A stretch of 64,000 nt of DNA from Alphaproteobacteria bacterium. Its GTDB lineage: Bacteria > Pseudomonadota > Alphaproteobacteria > SHVV01. Position 1 is the first letter of the stretch, and every line of letters starts with the position of its first letter. The DNA lies in contig OZ253470.1 in the NCBI GenBank assembly GCA_965261735.1, forward strand, positions 4,000,001 to 4,064,000, written 5' to 3'. The position numbers and the translations under genes are program-made. This document shows positions 1 to 8,169 of the stretch, piece by piece. The notes beneath the pieces are model-generated. The model saw only the letters and a program-made list of their open reading frames with translations. It searched no databases and was not told the origin of the DNA.

Positions 1-2
1 AG

Positions 3-329
3 GCCGTCCACGTCATCCTCGACAACTACGCCGCGCACAAGAAGGACAAGGTCCGCGCCTGGCTCGCCCGCCATCCACGCTGGACCTTCCACTTCACGCC
101 AACCTCGTGCTCGTGGCTCAATGCCGTCGAGGGCTTCTTCGCCAAACTAACGCGGCGCAGGCTCAAATACGGCGTCTTCCAATCCGTCGTCGACCTTCAG
201 GCCGCCATCAACCGATTTGTCCGCGAATACAATGACGCAAACCCAAAACCCTTCATCTGGAAAGCCGACCCCGATCATATCATCGCCGCACGAAACAGAG
301 GGTTCCAAACGTTGGAATCAATCCACTAG
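3..329 (+). mobile_element. IS630-family transposase, 3' part (5' end outside window)
   Basis: Manual translation AVHVILDNYAAHK...RWTFHFTPTSCSWLNAVEGFF...NPKPFIWKADPD...LESIH* has the IS630 DDE motifs (DNY..HK, P...SWLN.VE). It ends in CACTAG, consistent with a TA target. Confidence 0.9.
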
Positions 330-332
330 GAC

Positions 333-540
333 CGTAAAATCGTAAGATTTCTTTACAATCGCGCGCGGCACCCTACGGACGGCCATAAGCCATTGAGACG
401 CCACGATGATTCATCGTGAGGGCCGCCGATTTTCACGTCCGGAGTGTCGAAAATCTTTACACTTAACGTTTGGCCCACTACGCCGAGCGCAGACAACCCG
501 TTGAAAGTGAACGGTAAAAAAAGTCGGTATGGATATTGCG
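333..540 (+). promoter_or_regulatory. sigma-54 promoter with two upstream enhancer boxes and an IHF-like site (PEP-CTERM/PrsR-type)
   Basis: -24/-12 element CGGTATGGATATTGCG (GG 526-527, GC 538-539, 10-nt spacer). Boxes CGTAAAATCGTAAGATTTCTTTACA (333-357) and TGTCGAAAATCTTTACA (445-461). IHF-like CAACCCGTTGAAA (494-506). The same layout recurs at 2936-3129. Confidence 0.75.
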
Positions 541-554
541 TCTAAACACCCGTA

Positions 555-792
555 ATGGGGACCAGTTCGAGCAAAGTCGCGGCGCGGGCAGGGAAACTGC
601 TCGGGCCCGTCGTTGGTGTCGCGCTGCTGGCGGCGGCTTCACAGCCGGCTTCTGCCTGGGTCACCAACCTGGGTAGGTGGTCCCAATTTGGCGGTCATTT
701 TCGATACGAACAATGTGATTGGTGGTTTCAGCGGGGCCGATGACGACCTTGGGGCACCGTTCGCCAATCAACCGGCGAACCCCGGGCACGTG
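555..792 (+). pseudogene. Secreted (probable PEP-CTERM) protein, frameshifted and truncated by IS256
   Basis: Signal peptide MGTSSSKVAARAGKLLGPVVGVALLAAASQPASA. Near 670 the sensible reading moves to another frame (VGGPNLAVIFDTNNVIGGFSGADDD...), which runs into the IS left end at 793. Confidence 0.65.
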
Positions 793-2226
793 GGTCGTGT
801 CCCAGGACGTGGTGTAGGAGTTGTTGGAGCCTCTGTTAGCTGTGGGTAGGCGGCTTGCCGTAGCGACCGCCGAGAGTCTGGCGTAGGCAAGCCGGCTATC
901 CACAGCGGAGGCCATCGCGGTTCCGGTTTAGGGTTGGGCTAGTGCAAACCAACCTGACCCGAAGGAGAACCACGATGACCCAGGACATGATGACCCTGCG
1001 CGCGCTTTTGGAGAAGAGCTCCGATGCCGATCTGCTTCGCGAGATGATCGGCTTCACGGCCGAGCGGCTGATGGCACTGGAGGTTGAGGGCCTGACCGGC
1101 GCCGGGCACGGCGAGCGCTCGGCGGATCGTATCACCCATCGCAACGGCTACCGCGACCGGTCCTGGGAGACGCGGGCCGGCACGGTGGAGCTGAAGATCC
1201 CGAAGCTGAGGAAGGGAAGCTACTTCCCGGGCTTCCTGGAGCCGCGGCGGATGGCCGAGAAGGCGCTGGCTGCGGTGATCCAGGAGGCCTACATCCAGGG
1301 GGTGTCGACCCGCTCGGTCGACGATCTGGTTCAGGCGATGGGGATGTCGGGCGCCTCCAAGAGCCAGGTCTCCAGGCTGTGCGGCGAGATCGACGATAAG
1401 GTCACCGGCTTCCTCGATCGACCGCTGGAGGGCGACTGGCCCTATCTGTGGCTCGACGCCACCTACGTGAAGGTGCGCCAGACCGGACGCATCGTCTCGG
1501 TCGCGGTGACCGTGGCTGTGGCCGTCAACGACCAAGGCCGCCGCGAGGTCCTGGGCGTGGCGATCGGCGCGTCGGAGGCCGAGACCTTCTGGACCGAGTT
1601 CCTGCGCTCGCTGGCCCGGCGCGGGCTGCGCGGCGTGAAGCTGGTGATCTCCGACGACCACAAGGGCCTGAAGGCCGCCGCGACCCGGATCCTCGGCGCC
1701 ACATGGCAGCGCTGCCGCGTGCACTTCGCCCGCAACCTGCTGGCCCATGCCGGCCGCCAGGGCCGGCGCGTCGTCTCCGCCTTCGCCCAGGAGGACGCCG
1801 ACAGCGCGAAGGTCCAGTGGCGCCAGGTCGCCGACCAGCTCAGGCCCAAGGTGCCCAAGCTGGCAGTTCTCATGGACGAAGCCGAGCACGACGTCCTCGC
1901 CTACATGAGCTTCCCCAGGGAGCACCGCCAGAAATTGCACTCCACAAACCCGATCGAACGGCTCCATGCCGAGGTCAAGCGTCGCACCAACGTCGTCGGT
2001 ATCTTTCCCAACGAAGCCGCCATCACACGGCTCGTCGGCGCCATCCTTCTCGAGCAGAACGACGAGTGGGCCGTCTCAAGGAGATACATGACGTTGGAAT
2101 CCATCGCTCCGCTGAGCGATGGTGTCCCCATCACGCTGCCCACCGTGGCAGCCTGAACGTCCCGGCCCTACCCGCCGGGAGCCGCGTAGAGCGCAACGCT
2201 CTTACACCACTCCGCGGGACACGATC
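793..2226 (+). mobile_element. IS256-family element, copy 1 (1434 bp)
   Basis: Imperfect terminal IRs GGTCGTGTCCCAGGACGTGGTGTAGGAG / CTCTTACACCACTCCGCGGGACACGATC. Near-identical copy at 56217-57650. No flanking direct repeat. Confidence 0.95.
942..2156 (+). CDS. IS256-family (Mutator) DDE transposase; ATG at 975 (MTQDMM) is the likelier start
   Basis: Motifs [71 protein letters not shown]. Confidence 0.95.
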   Translation: MQTNLTRRRTTMTQDMMTLRALLEKSSDADLLREMIGFTAERLMALEVEGLTGAGHGERSADRITHRNGYRDRSWETRAGTVELKIPKLRKGSYFPGFLEPRRMAEKALAAVIQEAYIQGVSTRSVDDLVQAMGMSGASKSQVSRLCGEIDDKVTGFLDRPLEGDWPYLWLDATYVKVRQTGRIVSVAVTVAVAVNDQGRREVLGVAIGASEAETFWTEFLRSLARRGLRGVKLVISDDHKGLKAAATRILGATWQRCRVHFARNLLAHAGRQGRRVVSAFAQEDADSAKVQWRQVADQLRPKVPKLAVLMDEAEHDVLAYMSFPREHRQKLHSTNPIERLHAEVKRRTNVVGIFPNEAAITRLVGAILLEQNDEWAVSRRYMTLESIAPLSDGVPITLPTVAA

Positions 2227-2896
2227 CGCCTGACCCACCAAGCGGACCAAGCGGCGGATTATTAATGAAGCCGGGTCCAACGCCGCCGCCCGCGACGCCG
2301 GAGACGCCAGATAGGTTGTTGATTCCAGGGAGTGTACCTAGACTCGACTGCCCTGGAGAGGAGGCGCCGCTACCCGACCCGCCTCCACCCCTGGCACCTT
2401 GGGCCCCGTTATTGCCCGTTTGGGCGCCGCCGGAAAAAGTGAAGGGGCCCCCGACACTGCCATCGCCACCGGCAGCGGAGCCGCCGGCACCGCCTCCACG
2501 ACCGGCGCCACCGCCGCCGCCAAAGGAGGGGCTGCTGCCGCCGGGGCCCGCTGACAGTCCGCTGGCGCTGAAGTCGAATGTGACATTCGTCCCGATGATG
2601 GCGTTGTTGGCGGCGAAAAACGAAGCGCCTCGTTGGCCAGTCGCGATGACTTCATCATTGTCATCGATGATGAAATCGCCCGCGAACAGAAACTGCCTCA
2701 CAGGGCCGACGAGCCGCGTCGTGAAAGGGGTGCCGTTAAAGGTGCCGCCGCTGCCGACGCCATTGATCGTGCCGGAGTTCGTCCCCACGATGATCGCGGC
2801 GGCCAATGCGGGTCCGGCGCTAGCCAAGGCGATGCCCGAAACGGCTCCGAGCAGCGCCGTTCGCCATGCCCTGCGAATGCTAATAGGCGGGGCCAT
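2227..2896 (-). pseudogene. Secreted glycine-rich (probable PEP-CTERM) protein, 3'-truncated by IS256
   Basis: ATG 2896 follows a GGGAG RBS. Signal peptide MAPPISIRRAWRTALLGAVSGIALASAGPALA, a beta-rich domain, then a Gly/Ser-rich tract that runs into the IS right end. Confidence 0.75.
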
Positions 2897-2935
2897 GCAC
2901 AATCTCCCGAGCAAGCGCGAATCAGGACAATCACC

Positions 2936-3129
2936 GCAAATCACGTGCCAAATAATTAATCTGGCGAATTCAGAGGGTTAGCCCAGCGCGCCTCAGAAAA
3001 CGTAAAGAATTGTGACACCCATCACGGGAGGTGTGACGTACTAACATCGCCGCAACCCCCAGATTCCTTAGGGTTTGTTGCCTCGACTAGCGGTTGCCGT
3101 GAAGTGTAAAGTTTCTTTACAACTTTACG
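2936..3129 (-). promoter_or_regulatory. Consensus sigma-54 promoter with IHF-like site and two enhancer boxes
   Basis: Minus strand TTGGCACGTGATTTGC (2936-2951) is a consensus -24/-12 element. IHF-like site 2968-2980. Boxes TGTCACAATTCTTTACG (3001-3017) and CGTAAAGTTGTAAAGAAACTTTACA (3105-3129). Confidence 0.85.
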
Positions 3130-3145
3130 CAGATGCGTGCTCATG

Positions 3146-3171
3146 AAGAAAAAGCCCCGCCGGGGCGGGGC
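3146..3171 (-). terminator. Rho-independent terminator
   Basis: Minus strand GCCCCGC-CCCG-GCGGGGC hairpin followed by TTTTTCTT. Confidence 0.7.
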
Positions 3172-3174
3172 CAG

Positions 3175-3422
3175 TTGAGAGGGCGTCCGTTATCGGCGCC
3201 GCCTGTGCCGCCACGCCCGCCCGTACCAGACGATCCATCGCTCGAGCCGGATCTACTGCCGCCGCCCGCGATGCCCGAGACATCAGATAGGTTGTTGACT
3301 CCAGCCCCGGCACCTAGGCTCGACTGACCTGCCTTGGAGGCGCCGCTACCCGAGCCGCCTCCGCTGATCTCGCCTTGAGCCCCAGAATTGCGCTTTTTGG
3401 CGCCGCCGGAAGAAGTTAAAGT
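3175..3422 (-). pseudogene. Internal fragment of a paralog of the Gly-rich gene at 2227-2896
   Basis: Reads TLTSSGGAKKRNSGAQGEISGGGSGSGASKAGQSSLGAGAGVNNLSDVSGIAGGG, colinear with PFTFSGGAQTGNNGAQGARGGGGSGSGASSPGQSSLGTLPGINNLSGVSGVAGGG. No start codon or signal peptide. Confidence 0.8.
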
Positions 3423-3491
3423 GTCCTGCGCGGCACAGCCCTTTCCACCTGCAGCAGTGCCGCCGGCGCCCGGAATCTAAGATGGTCGAAC

Positions 3492-3530
3492 AGCCTGTCG
3501 AAGCCCTCATGCCGAGCCCGTCGAAGCATG
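3492..3530. repeat. REP-like tandem units (AGCCYGTCGAAGC)
   Basis: AGCCTGTCGAAGC followed by CTCATGCCGAGCCCGTCGAAGCATG, resembling the common (G)TCATGCTGAGCYTGTCGAAGCA extragenic palindrome family. Confidence 0.5.
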
Positions 3531-3660
3531 GCTGCCGGGAGCCGGCCCCTCGTTGGAGCAGGTATTTCACGAGCGCCGCCGCGACGGCGGGCGCAGTCGT
3601 GCCATGTTCATCTATATCGGCGGCTTTGGGGGCCGGGGTCGATCGTCTCGGGGAGTTGGA

Positions 3661-4428
3661 CTAGAGTTTGATGCTCATGCCGCCGTCGACGACGAGCGTG
3701 TGGCCGTTGACGTAGGACGAAGCGCGCGAGGCCAGGAACAGGGCAACGCCGGCCATTTCCTCGGGCTCGGCGAGGCGGCCGAGCGGCGTGCGCTCCCGCA
3801 CCCAAGCCAGGCGCTCGGGGTCCGCCATGGTGCGGCCCGAGAACGCGGTCGCGAAATAGCCCGGCGCGATAGCGTTGCACGTGATGCCGTGCGGGCCGAA
3901 TTCCGCCGCCAGCGCCTTCGTCAGCCCGGCGAGGCCGGCCTTGGCTGCCGTGTAGTCGGCATTGAAGGCGGCGCCCTGGATGCCCATGATCGATGAGGTA
4001 TTGATGATCCGGCCGCTGCCTTGCTCGAGCATGGGCTTGATCGCCTCGCGGGCGAGGTGGAAGCACGCGGTAAGGTCGATGTCGATAAGTCGCTGCCAGC
4101 TTTCCAGCGAGAGCTCGAGGGCGGGCGCGCTCTTGCCGATGCCCGCGTTGTTGAAGAGCACGTCGAGCCGCCCGTGATCGGCGACGATCGATGGCACGGC
4201 GGCGGCGCGTGCCTTCTCGTCGGCGACGTCGAAGCCCATGCCCGAGGCCTTGAGGCCGGCCGCCGCCATCGCCGCCAGCTCGGCCTCGAGCGCCGCCTCG
4301 TCGACATCGTTGATCACGACGTGGGCCCCAGCGCCGGCCGTCGCACGCGCCATCACCTGACCGAGGCCGCCGGCACCGCCGGTGACGAACACCACCTGGC
4401 CATCGAGAGAGAACAGATCGTCGATCAT
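3661..4428 (-). CDS. SDR oxidoreductase (gluconate 5-dehydrogenase-like)
   Basis: TGGAGGLG, NNAG, YTAAK, NAIAPGYF, GHTLVVDGG. Confidence 0.9.
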   Translation of the reverse strand: MIDDLFSLDGQVVFVTGGAGGLGQVMARATAGAGAHVVINDVDEAALEAELAAMAAAGLKASGMGFDVADEKARAAAVPSIVADHGRLDVLFNNAGIGKSAPALELSLESWQRLIDIDLTACFHLAREAIKPMLEQGSGRIINTSSIMGIQGAAFNADYTAAKAGLAGLTKALAAEFGPHGITCNAIAPGYFATAFSGRTMADPERLAWVRERTPLGRLAEPEEMAGVALFLASRASSYVNGHTLVVDGGMSIKL

Positions 4429-4555
4429 CGGCAGCCTCGCGTATGAGAACGTGGGAAGCGCAACGCCGCGCGCGCGGGCAAAGCCGTTGCCCCCGGCGCC
4501 GGCCGCACATCATACTGCGCCGCGCGCCCGTCAACTCCGAAAAAGTAGGGAAGAC

Positions 4556-5962
4556 ATGTCCGACGATATCGCGTTCATGCCCGTCACCGAGCTCGTCGCC
4601 GCGTTCCGCGCCAAGAGCGTCACGCCGACGCAAGCCATGCGCGCCGCGCTCGATCGCATCAGCGCCCACGACGACCGCGTGAACGGGATCTGCTACCTCG
4701 ATGAGGAGGGCGCGCTGGCGGCGGCGGCGGAGTCCGATGCGCGCTGGGAGCGCGGCGCGCCCAAGGGGCTCGTGGACGGCGTCCCCATCTCGGTCAAGGA
4801 CACGCTCAATGTGAAGGGCATGCCCACGCGTCAGGGCTCCAAGACGGCCGATCCGAACCCGGTTGCCGCGGACGCCGCGGCGGTGGCGCGTATGCGCGAG
4901 CACGGCGCCATCATCTTCGGCAAGAACACGACGCCCGAGTACGGCACCGGGCCCTCCACCGTGAACCCGCTCACCGGGGTCACGCGTAATCCCTGGAACC
5001 TCGACAAGTCGCCGGGCGGCTCGAGCGGTGGTGCCGCGGCCGTGGTCGCGGCGGGCATCGGGCAGGCCTCTCTCGGCACCGACGCCGGCGGCTCGATCCG
5101 CATTCCGTGCGCGCTGTGCGGCTTGGTCGGGCTCAAGACGACGCTGGCGCGGGTCGCGGTCTATCCGCCGATGGTGGTGCCGGTTCTCTCGACCACCGGG
5201 GCGCTGGCGCGAACCGTCGACGATGCCGCGCTCATGCTCAACGTGCTGAGCCAGCGCGACGGGCGCGACTTCCAGGAGCTGGCGCCGGACGGGGTCGACT
5301 ACACGCGGGGCCTCAACGACGGCATTCGCGGCCTGCGGGTCGCCTACAGCGCGACGCTCGGCTTCGCGCCTAGAGTCGATTCCGAGGTCGCCGACATCGT
5401 CGCGAAAGCTGCCCACGCCTTTACCGATCTCGGCGCCACCGTGGAAGAGAAGGACCCCGGGTTCGAAGACCCGCACGGCTTCATGCGTGTGCTGGTCAAC
5501 GCCGGCGTCGCCTTCAAGACGCGCGAGGTACCCGAGGAAAACCGGGCGCTGATGAGCGACAGCCTGCGCGCCAGCATCGAGACGGGCCGCAACACTTCAG
5601 CCGTCGAGTATCTCGCGGCGATGGATGCGCGCGCCAAGATCTTCGTTCACATGCAGCACTTTCATGAAACATACGATCTCCTGCTCACGCCAACGACGGC
5701 GGCACCGGCGTTCACCGCCGAGCGCTTCAGCCCCGAGGACTTCGAGAAGGAGTTCGGCTACATCCGCGCGTGGACGCCGTTCTGCTACCCCTTCAGCCTG
5801 ACCCAGCAGGCTGCGGTAACGGTGCCGTGCGGCTTTACCAAGGCGGGTCTGCCAGTGGGTCTCCAGATCGTCGGCCCCAAGTTCGCCGATGCCCTGGTGC
5901 TGCGGGCGGCCAAGGCCTACGAGACCGCGTATCCGACGACCGATCGCCGGCCGCCCCTGTAG
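4556..5962 (+). CDS. Amidase-signature family amidase
   Basis: GVPISVKD, PGGSSGG, LGTDAGGSIRIP, GLPVGLQIVG. Start MSDDIAF follows AGGGAAG. Confidence 0.92.
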   Translation: MSDDIAFMPVTELVAAFRAKSVTPTQAMRAALDRISAHDDRVNGICYLDEEGALAAAAESDARWERGAPKGLVDGVPISVKDTLNVKGMPTRQGSKTADPNPVAADAAAVARMREHGAIIFGKNTTPEYGTGPSTVNPLTGVTRNPWNLDKSPGGSSGGAAAVVAAGIGQASLGTDAGGSIRIPCALCGLVGLKTTLARVAVYPPMVVPVLSTTGALARTVDDAALMLNVLSQRDGRDFQELAPDGVDYTRGLNDGIRGLRVAYSATLGFAPRVDSEVADIVAKAAHAFTDLGATVEEKDPGFEDPHGFMRVLVNAGVAFKTREVPEENRALMSDSLRASIETGRNTSAVEYLAAMDARAKIFVHMQHFHETYDLLLTPTTAAPAFTAERFSPEDFEKEFGYIRAWTPFCYPFSLTQQAAVTVPCGFTKAGLPVGLQIVGPKFADALVLRAAKAYETAYPTTDRRPPL

Positions 5963-6012
5963 GGCGTGTCTTCATGGAGGGCAACGATCTAGCGCCGAAG
6001 CGTGGCCTGCTG

Positions 6013-6040
6013 ATGTCCGCTTGTAGCCATAAGCGGAAGT
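6013..6040. repeat. 28-bp palindromic repeat unit
   Basis: ATGTCCGCTTGTAGCCATAAGCGGAAGT (TCCGCTT/AAGCGGA stem). Confidence 0.75.
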
Positions 6041-6062
6041 CCCGTGCTGAACCGATCAGCAC

Positions 6063-6767
6063 TCAATGACCGAGCCAGTCGAGGGAGCGTGCAATAAAGA
6101 CGTGACCATTGGAGCGCTGCCATTCGCCGTGCGCCATAATGATACGCTCGCAATTCTACCCAAGCATCTTGTCGCGCGCCTCGCGGGCCGACGCGCGGTT
6201 AATGAATGACAACCTCCATACCAGCGGTGCACGGGCGTTGTCCGATGTAATGCCATCGAGCTTCGCAAGCGGACGCTGCCACCGACTCCAATGCTCGCGG
6301 AGGAAGTGATGGCTGAAGTTTTGGATCAAATCGGCCACGATGACGGTGCGAGACGGTCTGTGTAGGAACACAACCTCGTCCATGGCTGGGGAGCCCCGGA
6401 ACCAGGCCTGGTCCAAATCGGCTTGCCATTCCAGCGGTGAGATGTCGGATAGAGGTTCGCGGAACTCAAGGTCGCGCCGCTTTTTAATTATCGACATCGG
6501 TCCCCAGAGATGCGCTCCGGGAAAGCGAGCCTCCCAATCTTGCAGATAGAGATGATGGATCTTGTTGGGGCTGACGAGATGAGCGACGCGGCCGAGGCGC
6601 TCGATCTCCTCGAGCAGGCCCTCCGATGGCTTGATCGGCGACCATATCCAAAGATCACCGTTGCCGAATCGGACGACCACGGAGCGCGTTGGATGGGGGA
6701 ACCCGTAATGGCTCACCGTCTTGCCTTCCGCGAGCCAGATCGCATCACTGACCTCTTCAAGTCCCAT
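6063..6767 (-). pseudogene. DUF4336-family (MBL-fold) protein with a premature stop
   Basis: TRSVVVR..G.LWIWSP, LVSPNKIHHLY, DEVVFLHRPSRTVIVADLIQNF. The TAG at 6156-6158 is probably a mutated TGG, and the frame continues NCERIIMAHGEWQRSNG...SLDWLGH* to 6063. Confidence 0.8.
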
Positions 6768-6815
6768 CCTAGAATGCATACACGACCCCGTCAGATGCAG
6801 CACTCAATATCCATT

Positions 6816-6889
6816 GTGTCCGCTATGGGTCTTGGTCGTGTAAGAACGCCGACGTAGGCCGATGTCGACTAAGCTCAGTCGACATCGGC
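6816..6889. repeat. Half repeat unit plus a perfect 13-bp hairpin
   Basis: GTGTCCGCTATGGGTC (6816-6831); GCCGATGTCGACT-AAGCTC-AGTCGACATCGGC (6858-6889). Confidence 0.7.
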
Positions 6890-6895
6890 GAGTGA

Positions 6896-7090
6896 GGCGG
6901 CATTCACTGTCATCGAGGCTATGTGGTGCTTTCTGCCACCGACATTGCGGGCCGGCAGGTCGATGGCGCCTGGGACCCCTCGAGCTTCACAGTGACTCCC
7001 AAGGCGGTACCGGAGCCCACCTCCCTCATCTTGGTCGGTGCTGACCTGGCTGGATTGGCATTCCCAAGGCGCCGCAAGCGAACGGCGTAA
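6896..7090 (+). pseudogene. Orphan C-terminal fragment carrying a PEP-CTERM sorting signal
   Basis: Manual translation (absent from the ORF track) ...DGAWDPSSFTVTPKAVPEPTSLILVGADLAGLAFPRRRKRTA*: VPEP, hydrophobic helix, basic tail. In-frame stop upstream at 6893-6895. Confidence 0.85.
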
Positions 7091-7157
7091 CCCGATTCGG
7101 TGCGGGACCATCAGCACAGCTTTCACCCACCCCAACCAGCGCCGGACCTACGCTCCG

Positions 7158-7318
7158 AATGTCTCCTGTGGGTCACAAGCGGCCATTCACCGAGGGCGCC
7201 TGGCACGTCTGGATTCTGTAAGTGAAGCGGAAGTCGGCGTTGGAGAGTCGGTAGTTGAGAGTGGACCGGACGTGCCGCGGGGATGTCCGTTGCGTGCGCC
7301 ACTAGCCAAAAGCGGACG
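7158..7318. repeat. Cluster of degenerate GTCCGC/GCGGAC palindromic units
   Basis: AATGTCTCCTGTGGGTCACAAGCGGCCATT (7158-7187), ACGTCTGGATTCTGTAAGTGAAGCGGAAGT (7205-7234), ACCGGACGT..ATGTCCGTT (7265-7291), TAGCCAAAAGCGGACG (7303-7318). Confidence 0.65.
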
Positions 7319-7433
7319 CTATCGAATGTCGGTAAAATCCGTTTTACCCGTATAGCCGAACAATCTTAGTTCCTCTCGGTAAGCAAATAAGCTAACTTGG
7401 TGACAAGCGTCCGAATTCGAGAATGGTGACTGT

Positions 7434-8114
7434 ATGCAGATTGTATTCGCCTTCTTGGTTTTGGGTTTGATATTATTTCACCCAGCCAAAGCCGACACGA
7501 TCAGAATTTCGTCTCCGGAATTCCCGGAAGCTGAGGCAATCGCTCGTCTCTTGAAAGAAGTTTACGGCAAGATTGGGCATGATATTGTGCTTGTCTACCG
7601 GCCTGCAAAACGAAGTCTTTTTGAGGTCAATTCTGGGCTCTCCGATGCAGAGCTGGTTCGAGTAACTGGGGCTGTAACCGAGTATCCAAATCTTGTTCGG
7701 GTAAAGGAGCCCGTTATTGCGCTCAGTTTCTCCGCCATCGTCAATGCAAAATCAAAACTTAGGTTGAGCTCATGGGAGGAACTGGAAAAATATCATATCG
7801 TTTATCCCCGTGGGTACAGACATCCTGGATGTCAGAACGCGGGGAATGAGTGCTGTAAAAGCAACAACGTTTCCGCGGTCGCAAGATTGGTAAAAGGCGG
7901 CAGGGTCGATGTCGGAATATTGATTACATCGGACGCATTCAGGCTGTCATCGGAAATTGGCGGTATCGTTGTATTGGAGCCGCCATTGGAAGTTGTGACG
8001 CTCTACCACTTTCTGAATGTTAAGCATCGACGGCTCGTTCCCTCTCTTGAAGAGATACTTATCGAGATGAACGACAGCGGTCGAAGCAAAGAGATTATTT
8101 CCGGGCGAGATTAA
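7434..8114 (+). CDS. Periplasmic substrate-binding protein (family 3-like), AT-rich, probably with a compensated frameshift
   Basis: Signal peptide, LLKEVYGKIG, PAKRSLFEVNSG.SDAEL.R, YPNLVRV.EP, LYHFLNVKH..LVP.LEE.L.EM..SG. Segment 7820-7865 reads better in the +1 frame (ILDVRTRGMSAVKA). Confidence 0.75.
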   Translation: MQIVFAFLVLGLILFHPAKADTIRISSPEFPEAEAIARLLKEVYGKIGHDIVLVYRPAKRSLFEVNSGLSDAELVRVTGAVTEYPNLVRVKEPVIALSFSAIVNAKSKLRLSSWEELEKYHIVYPRGYRHPGCQNAGNECCKSNNVSAVARLVKGGRVDVGILITSDAFRLSSEIGGIVVLEPPLEVVTLYHFLNVKHRRLVPSLEEILIEMNDSGRSKEIISGRD

Positions 8115-8122
8115 CGGCACAC

Positions 8123-8150
8123 ATGGCCGCTATGGGCCAAGAGCGGACAT
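8123..8150. repeat. 28-bp palindromic repeat unit
   Basis: ATGGCCGCTATGGGCCAAGAGCGGACAT, starting 8 bp after the stop of the preceding ORF. Confidence 0.75.
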
Positions 8151-8169
8151 CGGCGCATTGGCTCTCTCT

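Noticed and set aside
2265-2981. 238-aa proline-rich ORF
   Set aside because: It is the antisense shadow of the Gly-rich gene, which has the signal peptide, RBS and promoter.
6828-6850. IS1182-like terminus (GGTCGTGTAAGAACGC) next to a repeat unit
   Set aside because: Only a short degenerate match, with no partner end or transposase fragment.
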